64,000 nt of DNA from Crassostrea angulata (lineage: Eukaryota). The position numbers were made by a program, and so were the translations under genes. Where the stretch lies: the NCBI RefSeq assembly GCF_025612915.1, contig NC_069116.1, forward strand, positions 6,218,123 through 6,282,122, read 5' to 3'. This document shows positions 47,943 to 62,800 of the stretch, piece after piece. A model generated the notes under the pieces. That model searched no databases and was not told where the DNA came from. It worked only from the letters and a program-made list of their open reading frames with translations. Each line of letters opens with the position of its first letter. Positions within the stretch are counted from its first letter, which is position 1.

Positions 47943-50182
47943 CAAACATCGAAACGGCAATAAAATCTCTGATCATTCTGTTTTATTATTATTTTGGGCA
48001 ATGCAAACTGTTGCACTAATACGAATAAACAAAGTGATCACTACTAGAACAAACCAATTTTTTTTATTTCAACATTTCGATGGTTAACAAATTATTGACT
48101 TAATACATGCACAATCAAATATTGTTTGAAAGTTATCCTATCGGCATGCACATTGTACACCTAGCATAATACCATCTCAAATTAGCATGTCACCTAGATG
48201 GCCTTGTTATTAACAGTACATCCTTTTAAGATGCTTTTGACTAGATTAAGAAGCAAGCTGTTGTCATTTCATCCACATCGTGCTTAACTGATGTCAGTTA
48301 TTGACGCATGCACAATCTGGCTGCATGGTTGAAATATTTTTGAGTTGATTGTTGCACCAATGGTAACTCGGCAACAAGGTAAAGTTTATACATGTACCAA
48401 TGAAGATAAAAATATTAGAATCAGCGTGTCTTCGATGTACCATCTGTATGTTTATTTGTCTTCAGTTAACAGTGAAAAAGGAGTGATAAAAAAAATCATC
48501 AATAGGTAAACAATGGTCTATAGGATGTATCATTGCACTCCATAGCAATTCATTACAAAGGTTTACAAAGGTATAATATGATAAACATACATAACCAGCA
48601 CTCCCTACCTCCTTCTGAAGACTCCTGGCCACGGTCCCAGTCATAAACAGCGGCAGATGTTGACATGTTGATGGATGATGACAGAGGCGCTCTCTGTCTA
48701 GCTGTCAGCCTCAGACTCAAAATGGAAGTTATCAGCAACATGTTTTGCATAGTATGAAATGAGTATGAATATTGATATTTATGTCAGTCTATAATTTATT
48801 AATTTACAAAGTTAATTGCCTTTGGTATATCACCATTGCATACTAAGTAACTTCTGTCGTGTCCCTTAAAGCTTAATGAATTAAAATTTTTAACTTGATG
48901 ATGTAAGATAGCTCAAATAATCAAGGCACTATTTAACCTTTAGAAAAAAAATTAAACATTTTTAAATTAAAAAGCTTATGGACACACTGCTACTCACACA
49001 AACAAACAAAATAGATGCATATTAATTCACACATAATAACATTCGTTTTCTCCAAATAAAGATATATTAAGTCAAAAGAAAAATCGAATTATGAGCAAAA
49101 GAATATAAAAAAAGAATTCTATTTAATTAAACAATTGAATAATGGATACAGGGAGTACATGTGTTTAATGTTCATAATAAAACCTTTTCTTGCTTTTTGA
49201 CAAAATTTTATTTCAGCTGAAGAGCGAGCTGGAAAAACATTTAATACAAATCTATAAAATGTAATCATTGAAGTTGAATGCTATAATACTCTCGATACAA
49301 GTATATTCAGGTTACTGTAAATAACGTGAACTGATTACTTTTCTTAAAAGAATAATCAAATTCTTAAAAAATAAACAAATTCTTAACGAATACTAGTAAT
49401 CAAATTCTCTGCCATACTAGCATACAAATAATTGTAACGAACAATAACATTAATATTACTCTGAAAGACACTCTCTAAACATGCCCCAAAAAACACCGAA
49501 ATTATTATCAGATTAGCACTAAATTGTAAAGCGACGGTCGCAATGTCCCATGTAAACGCGAACAATTCTGGCAAATGGTCAAATGTTACACATGTGTTTT
49601 AAAAAGTATAATTTAGCAAGTTTTGCAATTAAAACATATGCTAAAACAACTTTACAAAACTAAATAGTTTTTTAAACATCTACAACATCCAAAGCTTTTG
49701 TTGATAAGCTTAATAAGGAAAACAGGATCAACAAAAAATTCTAATCCTGGCACATTTTCCTTGAATTCATTAAAATGGTACAGAATTTGATTATAATTGT
49801 TTGCAATTTTAAAACATATATAACCCTAAAAAAACAGCTTGTTAAATTTCTATTTGTTCAAAAGATATAACGAGAATCTGTTTGTGCCGATTGTTTAAAA
49901 TACTTTTTGTATTATTTATGATTATGTCACATTATGTTAAAGCTTGACACGTTACCCACTATTTTTATGTCGATAAGATGTATACACGTATTTTGCGCAT
50001 TAATGCAGCAACAATATTTTGATTAGACTTTAGTGACGAAAATGTCTTCGATTTTTAATATTTTAATCAAAGTATGTTCACCTCGGTAAGATTTATTGGA
50101 CCAACAGCTGCTGTTCTCTTCATGATAACAGAGGACGTATTCTAAAAGCTTTCAAAACTGTCAGTCATGTGGACGGCACATG

Positions 50183-50190
50183 TTATAAAT
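50183..50190 (+). promoter_or_regulatory. TATA box (TATAAATA) about 50 nt upstream of the S4 ATG
   Basis: The element gttataaataacacc sits at a consistent distance from the ATG at 50240. Confidence 0.45.
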
Positions 50191-50239
50191 AACACCAACA
50201 AGGAAAGTTAGCTTAAGACTTGCATAATATACTGGAGAA

Positions 50240-50506
50240 ATGAAAACCTACGTTATTTTTGTGATTCTTGTGATTCACTGCTACTCAGTATCCGCAGTAC
50301 CTTTACCGTTCCCTCTTGGCCCCCAGGGCTGTGAATACCAGGGGGAACTGTTCGCTCCAGGAGATTCGATTCCAGGTCTTTTTAGCCGGGATGGAGACCG
50401 CTGTTCCGGAGCAACCTGCACTGAGACGGGGAGGGGACAGTATATGATGATAAACTGGGAAAGTCCGGATTGTCCAACAGAAAGACCGAAAGCCAACAAA
50501 CCTTAA
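50240..50506 (+). CDS. S4: small secreted cysteine-rich protein, single-exon divergent paralogue (MKTYVIFVILVIHCYSVSA | VPLPFPLGPQGCEYQGELFAPGDSIPGLFSRDGDRCSGATCTETGRGQYMMINWESPDCPTERPKANKP*)
   Basis: Signal peptide and the same four-Cys spacing (G-C-E-Y-x-G-x-x-F/Y-x-P-G ... D-x-C ... C-x-E-x-G ... C). The antisense ORFs 50281–50542 are artefacts. Confidence 0.6.
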   Translation: MKTYVIFVILVIHCYSVSAVPLPFPLGPQGCEYQGELFAPGDSIPGLFSRDGDRCSGATCTETGRGQYMMINWESPDCPTERPKANKP

Positions 50507-52149
50507 ATTCTTATAAACTATTCGAAAGGTAAATATTCGCATTTAGTTTCAGTCAGTCTCAAACACATAGTAAAATTGATTTATTTTAAATGATGAATAA
50601 AAAAAAGATAAGGCCAGATCGTCATTTCATTTCAGAACTTACTCGCCAAATAAAGTCAGCATGGCATATTTAACAGAGGCTAGAACAAATTAAGTGTCAA
50701 TATTATCATTCATTATAAATTATGGTTATTTATAGTTATGTTTGCTTCAACAACCTTTTATTAAAACATTTTAAAAGCAAATAAACACTGAATTGTTGAT
50801 TAATATTTGTCTCAGTTTTCATTGTGTTCAAGGTTACATAAAGTCGTAACATAACATATTCTTTATTCATGAGCGGAACGTAAGAAAAATTAATGAGCGA
50901 GTTAAAATAGTTTGAGAAGGTTTTTTCAGCTTTTTCATGTCAAAGCATACATAAACAGTTTATTTCCAGGTTTTGTTATGTAATTACACTAAATAAAAAA
51001 TAAGCAACAGCGACGTTCTTTCTTCTCATTTTCACACATAGAAAATGAATTTTAAAAACAAACCTCCTCTCGACTTTTTTGCTGGCAGTGAAAAAAATGG
51101 TAGTTAATTGTTTTTCTTCTCATTTTTAAAGCATCTTATCGCTACCAACCCATCCACCCACCACGCAATGAAAAATTTGTTAACTGGACGACTTTCTTTT
51201 ACCCTTTTCGAAATTTACTTCTTATTGTTCTGAGAATATGTATTATTAGCAACAAGAGTAACTTACCATCAACTAAACAGCATGAATAAGAAGAGCGAAG
51301 GAAAATAAGCGTTACCATAAATACCGAGCGCTACAATTTTTTAATGATCGTTAAGTTAGAAAAATTTCTGCATGAAAAGTATACAGAAATTCTGTTAAAG
51401 AGAAATTTTATACTTCTCTTAATCAAAAAAAACTTTAAACTGTATAGATCCATTACATTGTGATGATATAGTGGTTAAAGCTTGTAAATATATTGTACAC
51501 AATGCAAAACTATTGATGTTGACTTCAAACTCCCTTGTTTTTCAGATGCATATACTTGTATATTGGAGGGAAATCACCGACCAGATATATTGATTGTAGA
51601 AGTTACGATATGATGTACAAATTAATCGTATATTTGGAGAAAATAAACACTTATTTTTATTAAAATACGGATCTTTGATCTGATTTTAAAGTCGCTTTGG
51701 TTTAAAAAAATGTATATTAATACAAATAGTTTCTAAAGGAAAGGATCGAAAACGAGTTTATATTAAATTATATGTCTTTCATTGATGGAACATGTAATAA
51801 TTGTCAAGAAATTATAACCGATACAAAATAATAAAGTCGAATAAATGCATAAAAAATATCCCTTTAATATAGATAGATTTATGACTGCAAAAACATGAAA
51901 AAGACAAAAATCTTCTATCTCATATTATGAGTTTGCTCGAATCTAAAGAGTAATAGAATATATGATGCGTTTAAGAAAACATGTATGAAATTAGCAAACG
52001 TTAATTCTACCATGTGAGTAAAGAAAAAGCGAAAATATTTAATCTTTTATTTGATAAGAAACACATGACAAGTTTCTTGTCTGCTGTTTTGATCATTGTA
52101 ATGGTCACTGTTACGTGCATTATCTTAATCAATAAATATCAATATAATT

Positions 52150-53560
52150 ATACCCGCACTTTCCAAAGAAAGTTCGGGTATATTGTTGTTACCCTGTTCC
52201 GTCCGTCCGTCCGTCTGTCACGTTTTACTTTCTCAAACTGCTCTTACATCTTATAAACCAGCAAACTTAACTCTTGGAGTTTGATTTGGGGTATCATGTT
52301 GTTTTGTAAAAAGGTTTCAAAAATTCTCTGTTAGTCCTGGGGGTCAAATAATTGGTAAAAATGACGTTTTTTTTCACAAAAAACCTTCTTCCTCGAACTC
52401 CTCCTACATTTTCAACAGTAAACAAATCATCTTTTGGAATATCTTTTAGGGTATCCTATAGATTCGCAATAAGGTTTCGAAATTTTCAATTTTGTCCTGG
52501 GAACAGAACTCCTCTTACAACTTTTGGAGTAGCTACGTCATCTCTTGGGATATAATTGGGGCTGTCCTATAGATGTGCAATAAGGTTTTAAAAATTTAAA
52601 TTTCATCCAGGGAGTCAAATAGTAGCAGAAAATTGACGTTTATCACTAAAAACAAAAACATTGATCCAAGAGCTCCTCTTATGATTTAATGGATAGACAC
52701 ATCATATCTTGGGATATGATAGGGACTGTTCTATAGATGTGTAGTAAGGTTTTAAAAATTTAAATTTCATCCAGGGAGTCAAATAGTAGCAGAAAATTGA
52801 CGTTTATCACTTCAAAAAAACATAGATCCTAGAACTCCTTTTATGATTTAATGGATCGACACATCATATCTTGGGATATGATAGAAACCGTTCCATAGAT
52901 GTGCATTACGGTTTTGAAAAATTAAATTTAACCCTGAGGCCCATTACCTACATACCTTTTGATGCCCTTTAAGGATCAAGAATATATATGGTTATGGGGT
53001 GGGGATCTCAACCGTTTTCGAGATATTCGTGTACTTCCTGTTCGAGGGGGGTCAAGACCACCCCCGGGGCCCATGACCTACACACTGTTTGATGCCCCTT
53101 GACACAAGGAACAAGAATATATATGGTTTAAGGGTGGGGATCTCAACTGTTTTGAAGATATTAAAGGACTTTCTGTTTGAGGGGGTCAGGACCACCCACA
53201 GAGCCCATGACCTACATAACATTTGATGCCCCTTGACATCAGAAGCATGAATATATATGGTTTAGGGGTCATGATTATAACAGTTTCTGAGTTATATGGT
53301 AATTTCAAATTCCTGGGGGGGGGGGGGGATGACCCCAGGGGTCAGATCTAATAAACCCTATATATTGCCAGCAACAGTCAGTATATGAATATTAAAACCC
53401 TATATTATTATCTTTGTCCGTTTTCAAGTTACCATTTACAATAGAGTCTACGATTCTTCCTACAAGGTTCAATGTTAGACCCCACCCCCTTTTGATCCCC
53501 CTCCCCCTGAAAAGTGGTTGTCTAACCCAAAATGAGATAAATCAAACCAGGGTGTACAAC
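52150..53560. repeat. Composite satellite: hairpin (atacccgcactttccaaagaaagttcgggtat) + (CCGT)n head + about 4.5 units of an about-145-bp repeat (52260–52920), then about 3 units of an about-110-bp repeat (...ggcccatgacctaca...tttgatgcccc.t...) (52920–53300)
   Basis: The tandem units are directly alignable. This is the same architectural class as the element at 1829. Confidence 0.75.
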
Positions 53561-53799
53561 TAAATATGCAGGCCTATCATGTCCTAGAGTTTTGTACAAT
53601 TCTGTTCAGCCATCTCTGAGAAACAAGTTCAGAGCGGGAAAGAAGAAAAAGAAGAAGACGAAGAATAATAATACATGTATTAAGAACCATACAAAAACAA
53701 TAAGTCTCAAAATTTCATTCGGGAGACTTAATAATAAAGATTAAATAGAGATAGGATCATCAAACATCAATAATTTAAAGATAATTGACAATTTGTGAT

Positions 53800-54048
<249 letters not shown>

Positions 54049-54879
54049 GCCCTGAACAAAGAAACAATAATATAATATGTACATGATATATGATTCAATT
54101 TAATAACCCAGATATAGATCAGTCATCTATGTTTTGTAATACTTCCTATGTATATATACATGTATTAGTTTGTGTTTTGTTCTATACTATTCATGTTCAT
54201 GACTGTATTATGGCTTAGTCTTATTTGAAATTACATTAAAAAATTGTCAAATATATGACTTGGAACCCCCACCCCCAAACAAACTCAAATATAAACTTCT
54301 CCCCCCCCCCTTAATTGTCGAATGATCTATTAAAATCAAAATATAATTTGGGTGTCTAAAAACTTTGATAAACTGGTAAAAAATGTTATTCTTAAAAAAA
54401 ATTACATTAAACCTTGCAATAATTGACAAATGATCTATTGAGATATGATCAGAGGTCATATTTCTACCTTGGGATCAATAACTAGTATTCATTGACAAGT
54501 TAAAATTAATAACAATAAATGATTCAAATTATAAATGTTTATACTCCACATTCACTCCCCCTTTCTAACCTGGTTCTAAAGATTCAGTCTTTTTAATACA
54601 TTCTTATATGTGTGCAGTAGCAAATTTTAAATCATTTCTTGATTGTTTTTTCTCTTCTGATGCACATTAACATTTTGGAAATTGCTTAATTCAATTTTTT
54701 AGATTTATAAACAAATTGTTATATGCATGTGTTTTCGCCTATTCGGGGCAATTGTAAAGTCTCCTAAACAAAGCATGCAGTGACATCATTAGGCTAGGAA
54801 TTACCCACATGGATCAAACACTACTGTAACATATGAATAAGATAAAATACTTTATTATTTCTAGTTCTAGAATGTCAGG

Positions 54880-55160
54880 GTGTCTCACTTAGGGGGCATA
54901 ATCTATATACAATTTCACGCGCAATGACACAAAGAGCAAGAATAAATTATATGGTTTAGGGATGAGGATCTCAGATCTCAGAAGTTAACAAAATATACAG
55001 TGTATCATCATTTCCTATTTCTTAAAGGGGGGTTAAAGACAACACCTGGGGGTCATTAATGTACTTTACACCATTTGATGTATCATAATGACGTTAGAAG
55101 ATATTTTGTAATTCCTGTTTCGTGCGGTCAGAACAGTCCCATAAGGTCATGACCTACATT
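54880..55160. repeat. Two diverged units of the same ...ggggtca....acctacat...tttgatg... satellite family
   Basis: Alignment to the 52920–53300 units. Confidence 0.5.
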
Positions 55161-56814
55161 GTATTTGATGCATTATAATACATTAAGAAAGAAATACTCC
55201 TTCCTTCCTTCCTATTATAACTCATATAAAAATGATAAGTGTCCACACTTACTTACATGTAATACACAAATTTAATAAGATATTGTTGGTCAAGATGGGG
55301 TCAACTCAATAGTGCAAGTCTGACAATTAAATGAAAAAAATAACTTTTGCAACTAAAATGACAGAAACTTTACAAATGCAATAGGATAGGTAACAATGAT
55401 AAGCTTATTTAAATATTAAAAGATGATGATACAGTATGCTGTCAAAGGGAGATCACATTTAGAAAGTGAAAGTAGAACTTATGTATGTTAGCTGGAATCT
55501 CATTATATTGTGCTACTGCTACTACATATGTATTATGCTTACCTATATTGGTCAACATCATAATGATAATCCAATAAAAACACAATAATGAATTCCTTTA
55601 GCTGATCTTAACTAATCCTTTTCTGCATATCGAAAACACAGACATGTATGTATACACGTGAACCCATCTTATCGAAGAGCTGGGTAAAACTAGTACCCGC
55701 TAATGAGACCTGCAGGTCTGTTTTGTGTACGTAACCTCAGACAAATATCAGTTATTTGTACATGCATGTACTTTTATGACCTATTCTTCAAATCCACTTG
55801 CACTATTTTATTAGGTAAATAACAGCTTTAAGGTGGTGCATGACACCTGCATATTGTGATCGATGTATACTTCCTATTGAGATAAACAATAAAGTATATT
55901 AAATATTAATTAAATATTTACCCCCCCCCCCCCCAATAATGTTATCTAACATTGAAGCGCAATGGGTTAGAGCGTTTACATGTCTGTAAGAGCATTGGGG
56001 TCCAAGGTGTATTTTTGGTAATTTTACAAATGATATAAATGAATTTTCATGGGGGGGGGGGGGGGGGGTCTGGACCCCTCACTCCCACCCCTTCTTTAAA
56101 TCTGTGCACACGATGATGTAGGTACATCGAAGCAAATCTAAAACCGGCAACCGCCACGGGGAGGGGGCATAATTTATTTTCAATTTTGTTTGTAATAAAT
56201 ATGTAGACCGTTATACTTTCTATGACATGAAATGTTAAGATTATTGATTAACTGAAAATTCACTGCAAACAGTTCAACCCCAAATTGCACATAAAGTGCT
56301 GCCCATGTGTATTATCATATGGGAAGGGATCTCATCCTTCAGTTATAATTATAAAATTATAACTTTTAAATGTATTACCGGAGTTTGCATGTGGCCTTCA
56401 TTTTTAATTAAACTGGTACAAAACAGTGTTATTTAGGGGCAAACACTTGGTGTGGATATTACTGTCTAATGACAGCATCTACTTTTTATTTTCCTTGTCG
56501 ATGTCAAAATATTGCGTTTTATTACATACTTAGTAATAAATACAGGTTTCTTGCACATGTGATACAGATGACATCACAAAATCCGTATCGGCCTCCGGGG
56601 CTGATACAGGTTATCAGCCCTCCAGGGCTGATACGGATCCGTATCACACCCCTTGCGGAACCTCTGCCTTTTTTCGCTTCGGCATTTTTGCATGTTTACA
56701 GACGAAAAATAAAACATTTCCAAATACAGTCGACATTTTTAAGTGCAGTTGAAACTTCAAATGCTAGCAAATGTTTTAAAGCAGTCAACTTTTAAAACCT
56801 GATAAAATTCCGTC

Positions 56815-57100
56815 CTGTAGCTTCATGTTTGTTAAAACAAGAACTCATATTTTTATTAAATACGTGTACATGTCCATACTTTTTTCAAATGATATGAATA
56901 ATCAATTTGTTCAAGTTGATGGGTTTTCTTTTTAAATTTATTACTAAGTATGTCATGTAGCTTCATGATTGTTAAAACAAGAAGAACTCATATTTTTATT
57001 AAATACATGTACATGTCCATACTTTTTTCAAATGATATGAATAATCAATTTGTTCAAGTTGATGGGTCTTCTTTTTAAATATATTACTAAGTATGTAATA
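56815..57100. repeat. Tandem duplication, two copies of about 142 bp
   Basis: 56815–56955 and 56956–57100 are near-identical (gtagcttcatg.ttgttaaaacaaga...actcatatttttattaaatac.tgtacatgtccatacttttttcaaatgatatgaataatcaatttgttcaagttgatgggt.ttctttttaaat.tattactaagtatgt). Confidence 0.85.
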
Positions 57101-57494
57101 AATATAATAATAGATACCCTTTTCCCTCGACCAATATCAACCCTCGGGCTGATATTGGAGTCTCGGGCTAATACAAGCTGTGATATGGAAAAGGGTATGT
57201 ATTATTTTCTATATATCCTCTATCCAAATCACAAATCAAACACAAAGTCCATGCTAAACTGTGATGAATGCTTCTCGGTTTATAAAGCGTAAACTGCACA
57301 AACCATTTTATATCGTATAAAACAAATAAATATTGAATTCATTGCTTAATGCATAAATGCAGTATGAAATGTAAATGCATAGAAAAATATTTTTAGAAAA
57401 CACATTATCTCAAGTACTGTGTGGGCTACCTAACAAGGCGGAGTTTGAATTTTAAAGACGTATGCGAGTAACATAAGCAAGGTAAATGGTTTTA

Positions 57495-57600
57495 TAGACA
57501 TATCCGGCTTATAAAACAAACGAACTGCTGTGCTACTTCACCCAACAAACAAATTAAACTAGAACCATGTAGGGCACTTTCCTTTCAACATCATTTACGG
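57495..57600 (+). pseudogene. Decayed S1-type paralogue: promoter motif TAGACATATCCGGCTTATAAAAC plus S1-like leader with ATG immediately followed by TAG
   Basis: gaaccatgtagggcactttcctttcaacatcatttacggtttgctgttggaag aligns with S1 gaaccatgcagagcgctgttcttctcctactccttccggtttgttgtgggatgg (CAG to TAG). Confidence 0.55.
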
Positions 57601-59489
57601 TTTGCTGTTGGAAGACAGTTTCCTCGGTTAAAGGCAAGTGCTAATATTGTTAAAAACATAAAACTTGGATGCAATTTACACATATACAAATAGTCAACAT
57701 TTAATCAATGTGTATTGTGGATCAAATTGTCTTCTGTCCAAATTTAATCCCAAAGCTGTTTAAGCTGTATGGAGATTTTTTCTTGCATGATGCTCCCGAA
57801 TATAAATCTTATTAAATAAATTTGTTCTTCTGTATAACATACAAACTTGAGTGTAAATTATTTTTGCAACTAAATATACATTTGGTATGCATGGGAAAAA
57901 AATCGTCGGATACTGACAACCAGTCTCCTATTCCCTTACCAACAACAGGCTTGTCCACTGATATGTCTCTTTCTCATGTGGTACATTGTGTGTATGATTT
58001 TTAAAATATCGTTATTATTTTGATGTAATAACTATGTTGAACAAAATTTGTTTCCTATTATTTTGTGGTCAAATGCTGTCGGCAAAAATCTCTTTTTTAT
58101 TTTTGTCAAAAAGCTACAGTAACAGTGTATGCTGAAAACCATTCACTTACACAATATCGCCAAATTCTAAATAAAATTTCCTTTGTATTATTTCATAATG
58201 GACAAATTGTATGATATTATAATAGATGTTTTTAGTTTTATCCCTTCGTGCAACTTGTTGCGGAGGAGATACATTGTTTCTTGCTGGGTGTGTTTGTGGG
58301 CGTGTTTGTGTTAAATGCAACAGTTTGAAACTGTAGATTCCCAACTTCAAGTTGATTTATGTCTTAATAGTGAAGAGTTGATGCATTTCAAATTTTATGT
58401 ACGAGTTAATAATAGAACACATTCAAAGGATTCACTGTAATGTTGTGACATATTTTAAGGAAAACATTTAGATACACGTCTTGTTCATGTTTTTTACCCT
58501 TTTTTTCCTTAAACGGGAGCCTAAATTTTCTGAATTAATAAACTGTCGGACGAGACACATTTTAAAACAAAAGTGGTCATATACTCTCTAAACCATGGTC
58601 TATCATTTGGTTTATATGGATTTTGTTTTACGAAATTGCATTTTAAGCGGATGCAACAATGCCACCACGGCACTGGCATAATTACTTGTATCCGACTGTT
58701 TTATTTTCATTAAAAAATGATTCATTTAAATTGATTTCCTCGTATATCTTTTAAATTTTGATCTTAGAAAGCATATGTAACAACTAAAACGATATAGCAC
58801 AGAAATAAACCCGTTTTGTTGTTTATACCAGACAACTGTCTAAAGAACGACCTCAAATGATTTATTTATCAAAAATATGTTGAAATTAAATGGATTTGGA
58901 ATAAACAAAAAAGAAAGGCATACTGTGTCTGATAAACTATTTTTGTCCTGTTGCATTATATAGAAATCCTTTCACAGCCATAAAACAAGCTTGTGTTTGT
59001 CAAAACGCTATATAAACAAGCATTCTGAGAGTATTGCATAAGCAATACACGTCCCCTACCGGTTTGTAGAAATTTATGAAAACAATGCATTGTTATGCAG
59101 AATATCATTTCTTACCGTCTTTTGTACCCCGAATCAACAGACCAACCCGATAACGAACCCGATTGTAATTATACAACAACAAAAAAACGTCGATTAAATT
59201 TAAAACACAATGCTTGACACTATTTTACAGAACTTATTTGTTTGTTAGAAACAATTAAAGGAATGGTCAAAGTAATGCACGATATTATTACTTACTACAT
59301 ACTTTCCTCGTTTATTCAATACACACCGAGCCCGATAACGAACCCGAACATTAAGAAATTGGAATATAAAAAATAAATTTTCTCGAAAATATGTCAACCA
59401 GACACTAAAAAAGTGTAAACTTGATCTGTAGTTTGACATTTTGAAGCTGTTCAGCAAATTTCATATTATTCCTCAAACGCATAAAGAAA

Positions 59490-59620
59490 AAAAGTGTGGA
59501 AAACTGAAGTGGGACAGACAGACGGACGGACAGACAGACGGACTGACGGACGCAGAGGAAAGCTATAGTCCCCTCCCGTGAAAACCGGTAGGGGACTAAT
59601 AAATGCAATGTTGACAACCA
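59490..59620 (-). repeat. Third copy of the hairpin + (GTCY)n module (reverse orientation): (ggacagacagacggacggacagacagacggactgacggacg) adjacent to palindrome tagtcccctaccggttttcacgggaggggacta
   Basis: Same architecture as 1829–1900 and 52150–52215, with an unrelated hairpin sequence. Confidence 0.6.
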
Positions 59621-60756
59621 TGCCTTCCCAAAATAAGTGTAAAATTTCGTAACAAATAGTTTAACTGATTACATTCATATGCCTGATCTTATTTGTTTTT
59701 AATTTTCTGATTGCGTGATCATCGTCATAATTTCGAGTGGCAGTAGAAAAAAAAACAACAAAATTGCGTGTGGTTTTGTTAAGATGAATACACAGACCTG
59801 CTCTGAGTGGGATGTATCTTGTGTTGCACTACAACAGGTGGTACAGGTGACTGAGGTTATATACAGGTAACTGTAACTATTCATTATTGTTATAGACACA
59901 TAAACATGATTACGTTTGTTTTGTTTTAAATCAATCAAAAGTTGGAATAAAACAAAAATACAGTTTGATAGTGCATAATTATTATACATTTCGAATTACA
60001 TATTCATTTTTTACTATATTCTGTCTCAAGATATTTATGCTACACATTTGGCCAATTTTTAATACAAATACACATACATGTGAAAGAAGTGCAATCGAAA
60101 TCGATGAAAGGGAAAATTTCAAAGAAAACTTCTTTAACATAATATCATTTTCCCCTCGTAAAAAATTACAGGAACGGAAAAAGATTTCCAACCGAAATTT
60201 AGAATGGGGAATGTTGACATCTTTTGTACATTCGGATGTCACTCGGAATACCTCGCACAATTTGTCGAAGTTATTATCTGGGTACCTTCATCTCTTTAGC
60301 AATGGAAGAACTCCGTAGAGTTTTTATTTTTAGCCGTGATTTGAAACGTGACAAGCTAGAGTGGCGTTTCAAAGGGACTATTGAATGAAAATCGTCTTAA
60401 TCAAGAGATATTTCTGAATATCGAATGAATTAGGAAAATATGCGGCAATAATATCCTAGTACAGACTAAAGTGAATTAATTCCACGAGCATAGATCTACA
60501 TGGAATACCAAAGTAAATAAGATAGGTAAAAAGTTAGATGCTAGTAACTGGCTACTAGAAATAAGAATAGCTAGCTCATAATAACAGGCTACTTCTAGCC
60601 CTCTACTATTTTTTAACAATTACATTAATTCATATAATATAGTATGAAGATATAATATATATATTATACTATTGTTGTTAATATAACTGTTTTTGCAAGT
60701 CTAATGTTATTCAATACAATTACTCGTAGTAATTTCATTAGCTACCAATGCCTTTC

Positions 60757-61260
<504 letters not shown>

Positions 61261-62711
61261 GTCTGTAATTATAATGTATTGAATTGTACATTATCTACTA
61301 TGTTACATATTACATTTTTTCCGCTAAATCTAGCTATGACGTCATAATAGACATTGCCGTTCAAAGTTTTTTGACGTCACGTTACTATGTTACCATTATA
61401 TAGCTTCTGAAGATTTTAAAATGAAAGCGCTTAAGGATGACGTTTACTCAAAATGAAAAAAAAATCCAATGATGATAATGAAAAACCAACTATTGTGTGT
61501 TAAAGACCTTTTATTGTTGTGTTATTTTTCATTTTCAAAAAAGTAGGTCAATGACCTACTTTTTGAGTTAATGGCCATTGTATATTTTTGGAAAATTAAA
61601 GGAAAATCACTTAAAATTTTACTCTAGGAATAAGATTTTCTTAATTGTGAAAATAATAATAATTGCTCAACACTTTTGAAAATGAAATACAATTTATGAA
61701 TGGCAGTGACACTAAATACATACAAAGCATTAAGTTTTCCTTCACAATTTTTATAAATATTCCAGTCCGAATTTCCTCTATCACTTTTCAAATTCCTACC
61801 CATTTTTGATCCAATTTTACAAAAAATTGAATGATGATAATACATGAACATTTATGGTATTATACTACTTATATTGATCTTATTCTGTTGGCATATAATT
61901 TATATGAGGTCAATGACCTAAATTTTGAGATATGGTGTCTTTTCTCGTTTTTAAGCATATTTCAATATTTCTTAAATTCATGCCATACGGTTATTATAAT
62001 GAATAAATGAGGTAAAACTACCAGAAAATATGCAAAATGATATAGACTAAAATATAAAACTTAACTTTTAATATTAGAGTACTTCCAAAAATATTTTAGC
62101 AGAAAACAAAATCTGCAAAATTTAGACCGAATTTCCTCTGTTTGGCTAAAACTCTTTTTTTGTTTTGGCATAATCCCATAACATAGTAGAAATATCGAAT
62201 GTTATATCAATAATAATTCATTTCACAGATACTTTTTGTGTTTAGAACAAATTTTACTCATGACATTGAACTTTATAACAATCCGAATTTGAGAACTCAA
62301 ACCCTGAGTAAACAACACCCTTAAGCTATATTGAACGTTTTTCGTGTTTTCTTATTTTACTTAAGGAATGAATTTAATTTGGGGCAGTATACGCTTTATA
62401 AACCGCGAAGCGGTTTATAAAAAAGCGTTAACTGTTCCAAGTTATGTTATACTCGTATAACATAGGCAGAAATTAAATTTATTCCTTATAATTTAATTTT
62501 CTACTATCTAAATTAGATAATTAGGCCTATTAATTAGTTAAAATATGTTAATTTGCACAAATTTTAAACGTAACGTCAAGCGGATTAATACGTTTCGCAC
62601 GCGCGTCATATTGTGACGTAGGCAAGTTATGTAATACGATATATATCAATTTGCTCAGCCAATCAAATGAGGCGTTATAATAAGAATTTAATTATTTAAA
62701 TATATATTTTG

Positions 62712-62713
<2 letters not shown>

Positions 62714-62797
<84 letters not shown>
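62714..62797. repeat. (TA)n microsatellite, about 40 units
   Basis: Directly visible. Confidence 0.95.

Positions 62798-62800
<3 letters not shown>

Noticed and set aside
50281-50542. Two − strand ORFs overlapping S4
   Set aside because: They are antisense to the S4 CDS, which has a signal peptide and a family-conserved Cys pattern on the + strand.
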